From: Neoconidiobolus thromboides FSU 785
Taxonomy: Eukaryota > Fungi > Entomophthoromycota
NCBI GenBank assembly: GCA_025603075.1
Contig: MU626260.1
Coordinates: 275,380 to 339,379, forward strand
Reading direction: 5' to 3'
DNA length: 64,000 nt
Shown: positions 63,074 to 64,000 of the stretch, piece by piece
Position numbering within the stretch: position 1 is the first letter of the stretch
Layout: every line of letters starts with the position of its first letter
Notes under the pieces: model-generated
What the model saw: only the letters and a program-made list of their open reading frames with translations
What the model was told of the DNA's origin: nothing
The model's database searches: none
Position numbers and translations under genes: made by a program

Positions 63074-63431
63074 TTATTAAAACAAAAGTACCCAAACACA
63101 GTTCTAAATCATTCTATTATAGCTCATACTGTAAGTTAGTTGAATTTCTACTAGATCTTAAATACATGTTCTTATAAAGCTTAATTGAGAAATGTTTATT
63201 ATTGACTGCTTTATAACCAATATTGCAGATTTGTTATCAAACAAATAGACTATTTTAATGTTATAATTACATTATTAATATATTTCTAAGTTAATAAATA
63301 GCTGCATGGGAGGGAGTGGTTAGCTCCAAAACTATGATTAACCATCCCTATATAGTACAAGTAATAATAGTTTTTACATATTATTACAGTTACTTGTTCT
63401 TTGACTATTTATTAACTTAGCTATTAATAAC

Positions 63432-64000
63432 TTAAGTAATCTTAACATTTAACAATCTATTTCTATCATTCAACAAACTAATTACTTGCTTAGTAAATAT
63501 CGAAATTTTGAAATTCTCTGTTATCTTCGTAAGGTAAGCTGGGATCGATCTTTTAATTTTTCTATTTTCCATAGACTCTATAACTTTAATTGGGACTATA
63601 TCGCTTTTTTTTGATGTATCAGATACTGGATAGCAATATAGTTTATTATTATGTTTAATAAAGTGTAAATACTTCTTAATGCCCTGCATCTCTATTGTTC
63701 TTTTTGTATTTTTGTTTCTTTTATACTTTTTAAAAATTATATCTGTTTTCCCATTATTAACAGTCGAATTATTAATTTTATTATGCTCGCAAATAAAAGC
63801 CTCAAATCTTGAAATTAATTGATCGATATCTTCTATTTTACCTAACGCTTCAAAACTACTTTTCCATTTTGAAAGGTTTCCAAAATGTCCGCCAACTATA
63901 CTTTTTCCATGATGCTCAGCAAAAAAATTAAGATTAACATTCAAACTACTATTTATTTTATCAATTTCTTTAAACATATAGTGTAGAAACTCTTGGGATC
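63432..64000 (-). mobile_element. DNA transposase C-terminal part (DDE/DDD type, Sola-like), truncated by the window edge
   Basis: Frame is open to the window edge (SQEFLHYMFKE...). Motif NFFAEHHGKSIVGGHFG matches the F-x3-H-G-K-x3-D-G-x2-G block of eukaryotic DDD transposases, with the Asp replaced by Gly (GGC). Confidence 0.6.

Overview
A very AT-rich, intron-containing fungal window with short ~45-60 nt GT-AG introns. It probably comes from an early-diverging lineage such as Conidiobolus-like Entomophthoromycotina; this is an inference from composition, intron size and gene content. Conserved genes: RPA1 (partial), a FHIP/FAM160 protein, RPS23, a penta-EF-hand protein, La, an Sfp1-like factor, a Cdc25-type RasGEF, TSR1 and RIC1. 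Other genes: two TAF4 paralogs plus a TAF4 pseudogene, a subtilisin, a GDSL esterase, a kelch membrane protein, a PEX26-like protein and several orphans. RNA genes: three tRNAs and two tRNA relics. The most striking gene is a 4-exon model at 17959-20045, which the ORF track splits. It encodes an SBP2 (SECIS-binding protein 2)-type L7Ae domain with altered RNA-binding residues, fused to ankyrin-like repeats. Intergenic DNA holds about 27 copies of a ~100-bp MITE-like element with GGGGATG/CATCCCC ends and 4-bp target-site duplications, often as inverted doublets. A DDE-type (Sola-like) transposase relic lies at the right edge. All homology calls come from manual motif recognition, not database searches.
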